DNA of 64,000 bases from the human T2T-CHM13v2.0 reference genome, Homo sapiens. A program made the position numbers and the translations under genes. The notes under the pieces are model-generated. The model was not told the origin of the DNA, searched no databases, and saw only the letters and a list, made by a program, of their open reading frames with translations. The stretch lies in assembly GCF_009914755.1 (NCBI RefSeq), contig NC_060933.1. One strand, given 5' to 3'. Positions 63,257 to 64,000 of this stretch are shown here, piece by piece (within the stretch, counting starts at the first letter, position 1; the number at the start of each line of letters is the position of its first letter).

Positions 63257-63913
63257 CTGAAAACACCACCACCAGTAACGGAGCCTGCCTGGGCAGCCCA
63301 CCTCCAACGCCAACAAGGCACCGACACCCAGCAAGGTACCGACGCCGAGCCAGGCACCGACGCCCAGCCAGGCACCAAGGAGGAGGAAGGCAGTGAGAGT
63401 CCACTCCCCAACCCCAAGGTCTGCTCCCCTTGAGCACAACTGCCAAGCCTTCTTCACCTGCCAGTGGGGAAGGGCCTGTGGCCTGATGCTACCTCCCATC
63501 TGCCCTGAAGGAGGCCTCGGGTAGCCTCTCTGAGCCTCGGTCCCCTCCAGCACGAGCAGCAGTGGAATCTCTGTGTCCTGCCACGTGTGCAGGGCAGGGA
63601 AGGCTGTGCGATGGGAGATAACGTAATTTCCAAAACCCAGATCATCGAGGTGCCAGACGCCAAGAGGCCAGGGTCCCCAGTGTTGACATGCCTGTTCGTA
63701 TGCATCTTCCACATGGGCACGGCTGTCAGGGCCCTTCTCAACCAGGGGCGCCAGTGTCAGCCCTGGCATCACAGCCACCAGAGGCTCAGGGGAGAAGCTA
63801 AGATGAGGGGCTCAGCCTGAGGGGGTGCTGCTTGGCAGTGCCGGGTGGGAAAGGACCCAGAGCCCCATGTGTGGGAAGCAGGGAGGTCTAATTCTAATTA
63901 AAAGCTAGAGATC

Positions 63914-64000
63914 GGCTGGGCGCGGTGGCTCACGCCTGTAATCCCAGCACTTTGGGAGGCCAAGGGATCACGAGGTCAGGAGATCCGGTGAAACTCCATC
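63914..64000 (+). mobile_element. Alu 5' part, internally deleted and cut by the window edge
   Basis: GGCTGGGCGCGGTGGCTCACGCCTGTAATCCC head. Confidence 0.9.

Overview
Human-type (Alu-rich, GC-rich) genomic DNA, recognisable from the spliced proteins as the 9q34.3 subtelomeric cluster. In order: intron 1 and non-coding exon 1 of EXD3 (minus), head-to-head with NOXA1 (plus, 14 exons, 476/483 aa); ENTPD8 (minus, 495 aa), convergent with NOXA1; NSMF/NELF/Jacob (minus, 16 exons, 530 aa, hosting MIR7114); and the last 15 coding exons of PNPLA7 (minus). All exon chains were rebuilt from GT-AG junctions and give intact reading frames. The rest is Alu, L1, ERV and DNA-transposon debris plus at least seven minisatellites. 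Most ORFs in the supplied track are GC-content, VNTR or Alu artefacts. No new multi-gene system was found. The most notable structures are: one TTTAATAAA nonamer that could act as poly(A) signal for both NOXA1 and ENTPD8; a triplicated GC-box+CRE module in the promoter of the CREB regulator NSMF; a two-uORF NSMF leader; an AluJ split by an ~820-bp inversion with an inverted breakpoint duplication; a promoter-like element inside NOXA1 intron 5; and very large G-rich VNTRs next to splice sites. Gene names, repeat families and reference alleles are from memory, not database searches.
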